From contig CAWJMT010000032.1 in the NCBI GenBank assembly GCA_963844035.1, positions 1 through 64,000 on the forward strand: a stretch of 64,000 nt of DNA, in the 5' to 3' direction. Source of the DNA: an uncultured Gemmatimonadales bacterium. Its GTDB lineage: Bacteria; Gemmatimonadota; Gemmatimonadetes; Gemmatimonadales; GWC2-71-9. Of the stretch, positions 53,090 to 61,792 are shown in pieces (position 1 is the first letter of the stretch; each line of letters begins with the position of its first letter). Position numbers and translations under genes: made by a program. Under the pieces are notes generated by a model. The model saw only the letters and a list, made by a program, of their open reading frames with translations. It did not search any database and was not told the DNA's origin.

Positions 53090-54931
53090 ATGAGTTTGGG
53101 TATCCGTCGTTGCCTCACGATTCTCGTCCTGGCGAGCATCGCCCCGCCTCTGTCCGCCCAGGCGCCCGCAGCGGACAGTACCGTCGCCGCCGCCCGGCGC
53201 TTTCTCGACGCCGCCGAGCGCGAGCTGGTGATCAGGAACGTCACGGCGAGCCGGGCGGGCTGGATCAGCGAGAACTACATCACCCACGACACCGAGATCC
53301 TGGCGGCCGAGGCACAGGCGGATTTCGCTGCCGCGCTGAAACGTTTGGTCGAGCGGGCACGGAAGTTCGACCGCGCGGTCCTGCCGCCTGACGTGCGGCG
53401 CCGCTTTGTGCTCCTCAAGCTGCAGCTTCCCGCGCCCGCTCCCGCCGATTCCGCGCAAGCCGCCGAGATGGCCCGACTGGCCGCCGGCATGAGCGCCGAC
53501 TACGGCCGCGGCCAATACTGCAAGCCGGGCGCGGACGGCAAGCCGGCGTGCCGCAACCTGGACGAGCTATCCCGTTTCCTGGCGCAATCTCGCAACCCCG
53601 ATTCGCTGCTCGACGCGTGGACCGGGTGGCAAGCGGTCGGCGCACCGATGCGGGATCGCTACTCCCGGTTCGTGACGCTCGCGAACGCCGGCGCCCGTCA
53701 CGTGGGCTTTGCCGACGCCGGCGCGATGTGGCGCGCGGGGTACGACATGCCGCCCGATTCGTTCGTCGCCGTGGTGGACAAGCTCTGGACGCAGGTCCGC
53801 CCTCTGTACGTCCAGCTGCACGCCTATGTGCGGCGCCAGCTGGTCGCACGGTACGGCTCCGCGCTCGTGCCGCCCAACGGCATGCTCCCGGTGCAGCTGC
53901 TCGGCAACATGTGGGGACAAAACTGGAGCAACATCGCGGACATCGCGCTGCCGGCTGCGGCGCCGGGGGCGGGCGCCGGTGCGAGCGTCGATCTCAGCGC
54001 GATCCTGAAAGCGCGCAATGCCACCCCGCTCGAGATGTTCCGCATGGGCGAGCGGTTCTACACCTCGCTCGGCTTTGATTCCCTGCCGGCGACGTTCTGG
54101 GAGCGATCCCAGTTCTCGAGACCGCGCGACCGCGACGTCGTGTGCCACGCGAGCGCGTGGTACATCGACGACCTGAGCGACCTGCGCGTGAAGATGTGCA
54201 CCGAGCAAACGGAGGAGGATTTCCGCACGATCCACCACGAGCTCGGTCACGACTTCTACTTCCGGGCCTACAAGGATCAGCCGTTCCTTTATCAGAACGG
54301 CGCCAACGACGGCTTCCACGAAGCGATCGGCGACGCGATCGCGCTCTCGGTCACGCCGCGCTACCTGCAGCAAATCGGGCTGCTCGATTCCGTCCCCGCT
54401 CCGTCCGGCGATACGCTCCAGCTGCTGCGCCTGGCGCTCGATCACGTCGCGTTTCTCCCGTTCGGGATCACGATCGACAAGTGGCGTTGGGAGGTATTCG
54501 CGGGCAAGGTGACGCCGGCCGAATACACGACGCGCTGGTGGCAGCTGCGCGGGTCATATGGCGGCGTGATGCCCCCCGGCGCGCGCAAGCCGACCGACTT
54601 CGACCCGGGCGCCAAGTTCCACGTGCCGGGGAACGTCCCGTACATGCGCTATTTCCTCGCGCAGGTGCTCGAGTTCCAGTTCTACCGCGCGTTGTGCAAT
54701 AGCGCGAGCTACAGCGGGCCACTCTACCGCTGCTCGTTCTACGGGAGTAAAGAAGCGGGAAAGCGTCTCGGCGCGATGTTGCAGCTTGGCGCGAGCCGCC
54801 CGTGGCCCGAGGCGCTTCAGGCGCTCACGGGCAAGCGCGAGATGGACGCCACGGCGCTCATCGACTATTTCCAGCCGCTCATGGTGTGGCTCGAGCGTCA
54901 GAATCGCGGGGCGCCGGTCGGGTGGCAATGA
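53090..54931 (+). CDS. M2 family metallopeptidase (ACE-like peptidyl-dipeptidase A)
   Basis: LLGNMWGQ, CHASAW, HHELGH zinc motif, GFHEAIGD, FDPGAKFHVP, PY.RYF. Confidence 0.95.
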   Translation: MSLGIRRCLTILVLASIAPPLSAQAPAADSTVAAARRFLDAAERELVIRNVTASRAGWISENYITHDTEILAAEAQADFAAALKRLVERARKFDRAVLPPDVRRRFVLLKLQLPAPAPADSAQAAEMARLAAGMSADYGRGQYCKPGADGKPACRNLDELSRFLAQSRNPDSLLDAWTGWQAVGAPMRDRYSRFVTLANAGARHVGFADAGAMWRAGYDMPPDSFVAVVDKLWTQVRPLYVQLHAYVRRQLVARYGSALVPPNGMLPVQLLGNMWGQNWSNIADIALPAAAPGAGAGASVDLSAILKARNATPLEMFRMGERFYTSLGFDSLPATFWERSQFSRPRDRDVVCHASAWYIDDLSDLRVKMCTEQTEEDFRTIHHELGHDFYFRAYKDQPFLYQNGANDGFHEAIGDAIALSVTPRYLQQIGLLDSVPAPSGDTLQLLRLALDHVAFLPFGITIDKWRWEVFAGKVTPAEYTTRWWQLRGSYGGVMPPGARKPTDFDPGAKFHVPGNVPYMRYFLAQVLEFQFYRALCNSASYSGPLYRCSFYGSKEAGKRLGAMLQLGASRPWPEALQALTGKREMDATALIDYFQPLMVWLERQNRGAPVGWQ

Positions 54932-54998
54932 ACCGGCCGACGCCGGCCACGGACTCGTTATACTTAGACACGCGCACAACCCTTTTCCGGAAGCGAGC

Positions 54999-55748
54999 AT
55001 GAAATCGACGAATCCTGTGTTGAGCACGAAGGCGCTTGAGCAGTTCGGCCGCCCCGGCCAGATCCAGTCGGGCGACGCGATGACGGTGGAAGGCGCCGTC
55101 AACAAGACGGCGTTCTTGACCTTCCTGCTGGTGGTGCCGGCGGCGTGGGTGTGGAGCCAGGTGGCGCACGGCGGCGTCGAGGCAGTGGCGCCGTGGATGA
55201 TCGGCGGCGTGTTCGGCGGCTTCATCGCCGCGATGGTCACGGTCTTCAAGAAGGAGTGGGCGCCGGTGACCGCGCCGATCTACGCGATGCTCGAGGGCCT
55301 GGCCATCGGCGGCCTGTCAGCGCTGCTCGAGGCACGCTATAAGGGCATCGTGATCCAGGCGGTCGCGCTGACCTTCGCCGTTTTGGTCACCATGCTCGTC
55401 GCCTATCGTACGGGGCTCATCAAGGTCACCGACAAGTTCCGGACCGTCGTCGTCGCCGCCACCGGGGCGATCGCGTTGCTCTACATCGTCACCATGATTC
55501 TGTCGCTGTTCCACGTGACCGTGCCGTTCGTGTTCGGCGGAGGCGGAACGCTTGGGATCGTCTTCAGCTTGGTGGTGATCGTCGTGGCGGCCCTGAATCT
55601 GGCCCTGAGCTTCGACTTCATCGAGCAGGCGGCGGGTGCGGGTGCGCCAAAGTACGTGGAGTGGTACGCGGCCTTCGGCATCATGGTCGCACTCGTGTGG
55701 CTGTATCTCGAGATGATCCGGCTGCTGAGCAGGCTGCGGTCGCGGTAA
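54999..55748 (+). CDS. Bax inhibitor-1/YccA-like membrane protein
   Basis: STNPV, MTVEG.VNKT, YA..EG, APKY.EWY.AFG..V.LVWLYLE.IRLL. Confidence 0.88.
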   Translation: MKSTNPVLSTKALEQFGRPGQIQSGDAMTVEGAVNKTAFLTFLLVVPAAWVWSQVAHGGVEAVAPWMIGGVFGGFIAAMVTVFKKEWAPVTAPIYAMLEGLAIGGLSALLEARYKGIVIQAVALTFAVLVTMLVAYRTGLIKVTDKFRTVVVAATGAIALLYIVTMILSLFHVTVPFVFGGGGTLGIVFSLVVIVVAALNLALSFDFIEQAAGAGAPKYVEWYAAFGIMVALVWLYLEMIRLLSRLRSR

Positions 55749-55752
55749 GGCA

Positions 55753-55817
55753 CCATCAGCTGTCGGCAGTCAGCTGTCAGAGGTCAGCAACTCGGCCGGC
55801 ACGGTGATGCCGGCCGT
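55753..55817 (+). repeat. Heptamer array (NGTCAGC) followed by GC hairpin
   Basis: catcagc tgtcggc agtcagc tgtcaga ggtcagc then cggccggca cggtga tgccggccg ttt. Confidence 0.65.
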
Positions 55818-55846
55818 TTGCGTGGTGGCCGGAAAGGTGGACGTCC

Positions 55847-56335
55847 ATGGCATCACGTGATCGTGCAACCACCGCGCTGCTGCTCGCCCTGTACGATCAG
55901 GCGTTCGAGCGGCGCGCCTGGCACGGCACGCCGCTCGCGGGCGCACTGCGGGGCGTGAGCGTCGCGGAAGCGCTCTGGCGGCCGCGGCGCGGCCGGCACA
56001 ACATCTGGGAGATCGTGCTCCATACCGCGTATTGGAAGTACATCGTGCGGCGGCGACTCACCCGCGACGCCGAAGCCGCATTCCCGCGCAAGGGAAGCAA
56101 CTGGTTCGCCTTGCCTGCGACCCCCGACGCCCGGTCCTGGAAGCTGGACTTGGCGCTGCTCCGGGACGAACACCGCCTGCTGCGGAACGCCATCGCGCGG
56201 TTCCCCGCAGCGCGCCTCGCCGCCCGGGCCTGGCGATCCAAATGGACCAATGTCGCCACGATCTACGGCATCGCGTCCCACGATCTGTACCACGCGGGGC
56301 AGATTCAGCTTCTCAAGCGCCTGCAGAAACCGTAG
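55847..56335 (+). CDS. DinB family protein
   Basis: AWHG, HNIWEIVLH.AYW, HDLYHAGQI.LLKR. Confidence 0.88.
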   Translation: MASRDRATTALLLALYDQAFERRAWHGTPLAGALRGVSVAEALWRPRRGRHNIWEIVLHTAYWKYIVRRRLTRDAEAAFPRKGSNWFALPATPDARSWKLDLALLRDEHRLLRNAIARFPAARLAARAWRSKWTNVATIYGIASHDLYHAGQIQLLKRLQKP

Positions 56336-56362
56336 TGGGGGCGCGGCATCCCGCGCCCCTAC
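56332..56362. repeat. GTAG-type REP-like palindrome
   Basis: gtagtgggggcgcgg catc ccgcgcccctac. Confidence 0.55.
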
Positions 56363-56398
56363 TCGACTGGTGCAGGCCCCCCTTAGCTTGCATGCCCT

Positions 56399-58555
56399 AT
56401 GAGCTCATCGCCCCCTCCGACAATTCAGCTACCGGAGCGCATCAGCGCCCTGCCGGCACTCGCTTCGAATATTTCCTGGAGCTGGAGCCGCCGGGCGCGC
56501 GCGCTGTTCCGCGCCATCGACTACCCCTTGTGGACGCTGACGCGGCACAACCCGATCGAGGTGCTCCGGCGCGTTCATCCTGACGCACTGGTGGCGCGCG
56601 CGGGGGATCCGGAGTTCCTGCGACTGTACGATGCCGCGGTGGCCGCCGCCGCCCGCGAAGCCTCGGGGGCACAGACCTGGTTCGCGCAGCAGTTCGCAGG
56701 GCTCGAGGGACGAACCGTCGCCTACTTCTGCGCCGAATTCGGCCTGCACAACTCGGTGCCGATTTATTCGGGCGGCCTGGGCGTGCTGGCGGGGGACCAC
56801 TGCAAGACCGCGTCGGATCTCGGCGTGCCGGTCGTAGGCGTCGGGCTGCTGTACACCCAGGGCTACTTCGACCAGCGGGTCCGGTCGGATGGTTGGCAGG
56901 AGGACGCGGCCGAAACCTTCCATCCTGCGTTCATGCCGCTCGAGCGCGTGCACGGCCCGGGTGGCGAGCCGTGGGTCGTGCGGCTACGAACCTCGGGGCG
57001 CGACGTCGGCGTCGGGGTGTGGCGCATGATGGTCGGCCGGGTACCGCTGTACCTGCTCGATACCGACCTCGAAGAAAACGACCCCGCAGACCGGGCGTTG
57101 TCGCACCGGCTGTACGGAGGCGGGCTCGATCTGCGGCTGCGGCAAGAGTGGATCCTCGGCACCGGAGGCGTGCGCGTGCTCCGCGCCCTGGGTCACGCTC
57201 CCGCCGTATGGCACGCCAACGAAGGGCATCCCGCGTTCATGTTGATCGAGCGCCTGCGCGAGCTGATGACGCAGGGGGTGTCGTTCGCCGACGCGGTTCC
57301 TCGGGTGCGGGCCGACAGCCTGTTCACCACCCACACGCCGGTGCCGGCCGGCCACGATGCGTTCTCACGCGCTCAGGTCGAGGAGTGCATCGGACCGATC
57401 TGGGAGGAGATGGGCATCGACCGCGACGCGTTGCTCGATCTGGGACACCACCCGGGTGAAGAGCGGGGCCGGTTCCATATGGCGGTCACCGCGATCCGCC
57501 TGTCGCGCTGCGTGAACGGCGTGTCGCGGGCACACGGCGAGGAGTCGCGCCGGTTGTGGAGCGCGATGTGGCCGCATCGCGACGCCGCCAAGATCCCGAT
57601 CGGGCACATCACCAACGGCGTGCACCTCACCACCTGGATGTCCCACCATATGGGCGGCCTGCTCAATGCGCATCTCGGGGACGACTGGATGACGCGGCTG
57701 GATGAGCCCGGGTTGTGGGATCGCGTGCTCACGCTGGACGACGGGAAGGTCTGGTTGGTGCACGCCTGGATGAAGATGGCAATGCTGCGGGCGATCCGTG
57801 ACGAGGCGCGGCGCCGCTGGACGGATCAATGGAAGGAGGCGCTGCACCTGGTGGGCGCCGGCACGCTGCTGGACGAGCGCGCGTTCACGATCGGGTTCGC
57901 GCGGCGGTTCGCGACCTACAAACGCGCCGACCTGCTGTTCCGGGACGTGGACCGCTTGCAGCGGCTGCTGGTGAACCCGTGGCGGCCGGTCCAGATCGTG
58001 TTCTCCGGCAAGGCGCACCCCGCGGACGAACCCGGGAAACACGTGTTGCAGCGGGTCTATCAGATGTCCCGGGACCCCCGGTTCGAGGGCCGGATCGCCT
58101 TCGTCGAGGATTACGAAATGCACCTCGCCCACCGCCTGGTCCAGGGCGTCGACCTGTGGATGAACATGCCCCGCCCCCCCCTCGAAGCCTCAGGAACGAG
58201 CGGGATGAAAGCGGCGCTGAACGGCGTGCCGCAGCTCAGCACGCTCGATGGCTGGTGGGCCGAGGGGTACGACGGCGGAAACGGGTGGGTCATCCCGCCG
58301 GCGACGCCCGGGGAGGACGGCGACGCCGCGGATGCCGAGCAGCTGTACCGGCTGCTCGAAGAGCAGATCGTCCCTCTATATTACGCCCGGGATGCGCGCG
58401 GTGTCCCGATATACTGGACGGAAAAGATGAAGGGCGCCCTGCGCGCGGCCGGACTGCGGTTTACGGCGCAGCGCATGGTCCGGGAATACGCGACGCGGTA
58501 CTACGTCCCCGTGATGCGGCGCGAGCTGCCACCGGATGATCCACCATCAGCATGA
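56399..58555 (+). CDS. glgP: Alpha-glucan (glycogen/starch) phosphorylase
   Basis: YSGGLGVLAGD, NEGH, FARRFATYKR, GKAHP, EASGTSGMKA, LDGWW. Confidence 0.96.
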   Translation: MSSSPPPTIQLPERISALPALASNISWSWSRRARALFRAIDYPLWTLTRHNPIEVLRRVHPDALVARAGDPEFLRLYDAAVAAAAREASGAQTWFAQQFAGLEGRTVAYFCAEFGLHNSVPIYSGGLGVLAGDHCKTASDLGVPVVGVGLLYTQGYFDQRVRSDGWQEDAAETFHPAFMPLERVHGPGGEPWVVRLRTSGRDVGVGVWRMMVGRVPLYLLDTDLEENDPADRALSHRLYGGGLDLRLRQEWILGTGGVRVLRALGHAPAVWHANEGHPAFMLIERLRELMTQGVSFADAVPRVRADSLFTTHTPVPAGHDAFSRAQVEECIGPIWEEMGIDRDALLDLGHHPGEERGRFHMAVTAIRLSRCVNGVSRAHGEESRRLWSAMWPHRDAAKIPIGHITNGVHLTTWMSHHMGGLLNAHLGDDWMTRLDEPGLWDRVLTLDDGKVWLVHAWMKMAMLRAIRDEARRRWTDQWKEALHLVGAGTLLDERAFTIGFARRFATYKRADLLFRDVDRLQRLLVNPWRPVQIVFSGKAHPADEPGKHVLQRVYQMSRDPRFEGRIAFVEDYEMHLAHRLVQGVDLWMNMPRPPLEASGTSGMKAALNGVPQLSTLDGWWAEGYDGGNGWVIPPATPGEDGDAADAEQLYRLLEEQIVPLYYARDARGVPIYWTEKMKGALRAAGLRFTAQRMVREYATRYYVPVMRRELPPDDPPSA

Positions 58556-58637
58556 ATGAAGGGTCCGCTCCGTTCCTTCACAACGTAAGTCCTCTGTAGC
58601 CCGCTCGGGACGTCCCCGCCGCAAGAATCCAGCGGCG

Positions 58638-60113
58638 GTGGGCCCGCAGGTGCGCCCCGGCGACAAGGGCGTCTCCGTCGTCCATCTGACCGCGGAGTAC
58701 TGGCCCCTCGCGCGCACGGGCGGCCTCGGCGAGGCGGTGAACGGCCTCGCCACCTTCCAGGCCGTCGCCGGGCAGCCGACTGTGGTGGTGCTGCCGCTGT
58801 ACCGGGCGGTGCGCAATACCGCGCCCGATCTGGAGCGCGTCGGGCCGTTCAGCGTCACCCTCGGACTCCGCACCGAGCAGGCCTGGCTGTATCGCATCCC
58901 CGAAGTCGAAGGCAAGCCGCACGTGTTCCTGATCGAGCACCAGGAGTTCTTCGATCGCGACGGGATCTACGGCGCCGACGACGCGGACTATCCCGACAAC
59001 GCCCGCCGGTTCGCGTTCTTCTGCCTGGCCGCGCTGACCGTGCTGCCGCAGATCGCTCCCGACGCCGAAGTGCTGCACGCGCATGACTGGCATACGGCGC
59101 TCGCGCCGGTGTTCCTGCGCCGCGCCTTCGCGGGGCAGCCGTACCACGATCGCCTCGCCGCGGTGCTGTCGGTCCACAACGCCGGGTTCCAGGGACACTT
59201 TCCCCCCGAGACGTTGGCCGACCTGGGGATCGGGCCGGAGCTCTATACGTCGGATGTGTTCGAGTGGTATGGCCGGATGAACGTATTGAAGGGCGGCCTC
59301 GCGTTCTGCGATGTCGCGGTCACCGTCAGCCCGACGCATGCGCGGGAGCTGTGCACGCAGGAAGGCGGCTTCGGCTTGCATGAGCCGTTCATCGGTCTCG
59401 GCGATCGCTTGGTGGGAATCCTCAACGGGATCGACCCCACGGCGTGGAACCCGGCCAACGACCCCGCTATCGCCGCTCCCTACTCGGCCGGTGACCTGTC
59501 GGGAAAGGCCAGCTGCAAAGCAGCCCTGCAACAGGCCCGTGGCCTGCCGCAGCAGCCGCGCACCCCCGTGATCGGCATGAGCGCCCGTCTCGTCGCCCAA
59601 AAAGGGCTCGACATCGTGCTCGGCGGCGACCTGCTCGCCATGGAGGACGTGCAGTTCGTGTTCCTCGGGTCGGGCGAGCGCCGCTACGAGCGCGCGCTTG
59701 CCGCCCTGGCGCTCGACGCGCCACACCGCATCGCCGTCGAATTCAACTTTACCGACCGGTTGGAGCACCGTCTCCTGGCGGGTGCCGACGTCCTGCTGAT
59801 GCCGTCGCTGTACGAACCGTGCGGGCTGACACAGATGCGGGCGCAGCGCTACGGGACCATCCCGATCGGCCGGCGCGTCGGCGGCCTGGCGGACAGCATC
59901 GCCGACGGGACCACCGGGCTGTTGTTCGATGAATACACGCCCGAAGCGCTGCTCGCGACCGTCAAGCAGGCGATCGACCGCTACCACACCAAGGCGCCCT
60001 GGCAGGCGCTGATCCGGGGGGCCATGGAGCAGCAGTTCGGGTGGGATAATTCCGCCAAGCACTATCTCGAGCTGTACCGTCGCGCACTGCGCGAGCGCCT
60101 GGTGTCGTCGTGA
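58638..60113 (+). CDS. glgA: Glycogen synthase (start uncertain)
   Basis: RTGGL (KTGGL variant), HAHDWHT, HN..FQG, GILNGID, PSLYEPCGLTQM. Confidence 0.93.
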   Translation: MGPQVRPGDKGVSVVHLTAEYWPLARTGGLGEAVNGLATFQAVAGQPTVVVLPLYRAVRNTAPDLERVGPFSVTLGLRTEQAWLYRIPEVEGKPHVFLIEHQEFFDRDGIYGADDADYPDNARRFAFFCLAALTVLPQIAPDAEVLHAHDWHTALAPVFLRRAFAGQPYHDRLAAVLSVHNAGFQGHFPPETLADLGIGPELYTSDVFEWYGRMNVLKGGLAFCDVAVTVSPTHARELCTQEGGFGLHEPFIGLGDRLVGILNGIDPTAWNPANDPAIAAPYSAGDLSGKASCKAALQQARGLPQQPRTPVIGMSARLVAQKGLDIVLGGDLLAMEDVQFVFLGSGERRYERALAALALDAPHRIAVEFNFTDRLEHRLLAGADVLLMPSLYEPCGLTQMRAQRYGTIPIGRRVGGLADSIADGTTGLLFDEYTPEALLATVKQAIDRYHTKAPWQALIRGAMEQQFGWDNSAKHYLELYRRALRERLVSS

Positions 60114-61792
60114 AGACCAGTCCAGTGGATTTCGTGCTCGCGCTGCACAGCCACTTGCCATACGTGCTGAACCACGGCCGCTGGCCGCATGGAAGCGATT
60201 GGCTATGTGAGGCAGCCCTCGACACCTACCTCCCGTTGCTCGAGACGCTCGACGGGCTGGCGGCCGCGGGCGTTCCCGCTCCGGTCACGATCGGGTTCAC
60301 GCCCGTGCTCGCGAACCAGCTCGACGATCCCGGGTTCGGGCGCGAGATGGACGCGTTCTTCGCCCAGCGGCTCGCCGCGTGTGACGATGCCAGCAAGGCC
60401 CTCCCGACGGGGGGCGATTCGCTGCTCCCGCTGGTGGGGTTCTGGAGAGAGCGGTTCTGCAAGCTGCAGGCGCGATTCCACGCGATCGATCGCAACATCG
60501 TCACCGCGTTTCGCAAGCTCGAGCAGGAGGGACGCCTCGAGATCATCGGGTCGGCCGCGACGCATGGCTACCTGCCGCTGCTCGGCCGGGACGAGAGCAT
60601 TCGCCTGCAACTCGCGGTGGGACGCGGCGAGCACCAGCGGCTGTTCGGGCGTGATCCGGTGGGGTGCTGGGTTCCCGAATGCGCCTATCGGCCGCGCGGG
60701 GTCTGGGGCCCGCGTCCCGGGAAAGCGCTCGTCCGCCGCGGCACCGAGGAACACCTGGCCGATGCCGGGTTCCGCTACTTCTTCACCGACGCGCACGTCG
60801 CGCGGGCGGGCGGCGTGCTCGCGGGCTATAGCGGCGTTCCCGTGGGAGCGGCGCAGACCGACGAGGAGCGACACGAGGAATTGTCCCGTCCGGCAGGGCA
60901 GCCGGCCCGCTCGCCGTATGAGACGTATCGCGTCTCGCCGATTCGCGCCGGGAAGTCGGTCGCGGCCCTGGTGCGCGATCCCGACTCGTCAATGCAGATC
61001 TGGAGCCGGGACCGCGGGTATCCGGGGGACGAGTGGTATCTCGAGTTTCACAAGATCCGCTGGCCCGGCGGCCTGAAGTTCTGGCGGGTGAGCGGGCCCA
61101 ACGTGGATCTCGGCGCCAAGCGACCCTATGAGCCGGCCACCGCGTTCGCGCGCGCCGCCGACCATGCGGCTCACTTCGCGCACCTGCTCGCTACCGTCAC
61201 TCCGAATTCCGGACGGCGAGGAAACGGAGTGGTGGTGGCGCCGTTCGACACGGAACTGTACGGGCACTGGTGGTTCGAAGGGGTGGAATTCCTGGGCGCG
61301 ATGTACCGGCGCCTGGCGCAGCAGACCGCCGTGCGTCCGGTGACCGCGCGCAAGCATCTCGAGGACCATGCCCCCCGAGCCGCGCTGCGGTTGGCGGAAG
61401 GATCGTGGGGCGCCAACGGTGACCACAGCATGTGGTTGAACGATCGCACGGCGTGGATGTGGCACCGCCTCTGGGCGCTCGAGGACATGTTCTGGGACCT
61501 GGCTCCCGCGGCGCTCGCTTCCTCCGCGGCGCGGCCCGTGCTCGCGCAGGCGGCGCGCGCGCTGCTGCTGGCGCAGGCCTCCGACTGGGAGTTCATCGTT
61601 TCCACCGGGGTCGTGGCGGACTACGGCATCCGCCGCTTCGAGCTGCATTGCCACGACGCGGAGCGTCTGGTCGCCGCGCTGGCGCCGGGCGGCTCCCTCG
61701 AGACCGGACAGCGGCTTGCCGAGGAGCTGTCGCACCGGGACAACCTGTTCCCGGACATCCTCACGAGCGTGGCTGCGGCGTTGAGCGTGTGA
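60110..61792 (+). CDS. GH57 1,4-alpha-glucan branching enzyme (DUF1957 type)
   Basis: LHSHLPYV, ATHGYLP, W.PECAY, PFDTELYGHWWFEG, SWG, QASDW.F, DNLF. Confidence 0.9.
   Translation: MKTSPVDFVLALHSHLPYVLNHGRWPHGSDWLCEAALDTYLPLLETLDGLAAAGVPAPVTIGFTPVLANQLDDPGFGREMDAFFAQRLAACDDASKALPTGGDSLLPLVGFWRERFCKLQARFHAIDRNIVTAFRKLEQEGRLEIIGSAATHGYLPLLGRDESIRLQLAVGRGEHQRLFGRDPVGCWVPECAYRPRGVWGPRPGKALVRRGTEEHLADAGFRYFFTDAHVARAGGVLAGYSGVPVGAAQTDEERHEELSRPAGQPARSPYETYRVSPIRAGKSVAALVRDPDSSMQIWSRDRGYPGDEWYLEFHKIRWPGGLKFWRVSGPNVDLGAKRPYEPATAFARAADHAAHFAHLLATVTPNSGRRGNGVVVAPFDTELYGHWWFEGVEFLGAMYRRLAQQTAVRPVTARKHLEDHAPRAALRLAEGSWGANGDHSMWLNDRTAWMWHRLWALEDMFWDLAPAALASSAARPVLAQAARALLLAQASDWEFIVSTGVVADYGIRRFELHCHDAERLVAALAPGGSLETGQRLAEELSHRDNLFPDILTSVAAALSV

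Noticed and set aside
53090..54931. ACE-like peptidase as a eukaryotic transfer
   Set aside because: Bacterial M2 peptidases are already well known, and codon style matches the host
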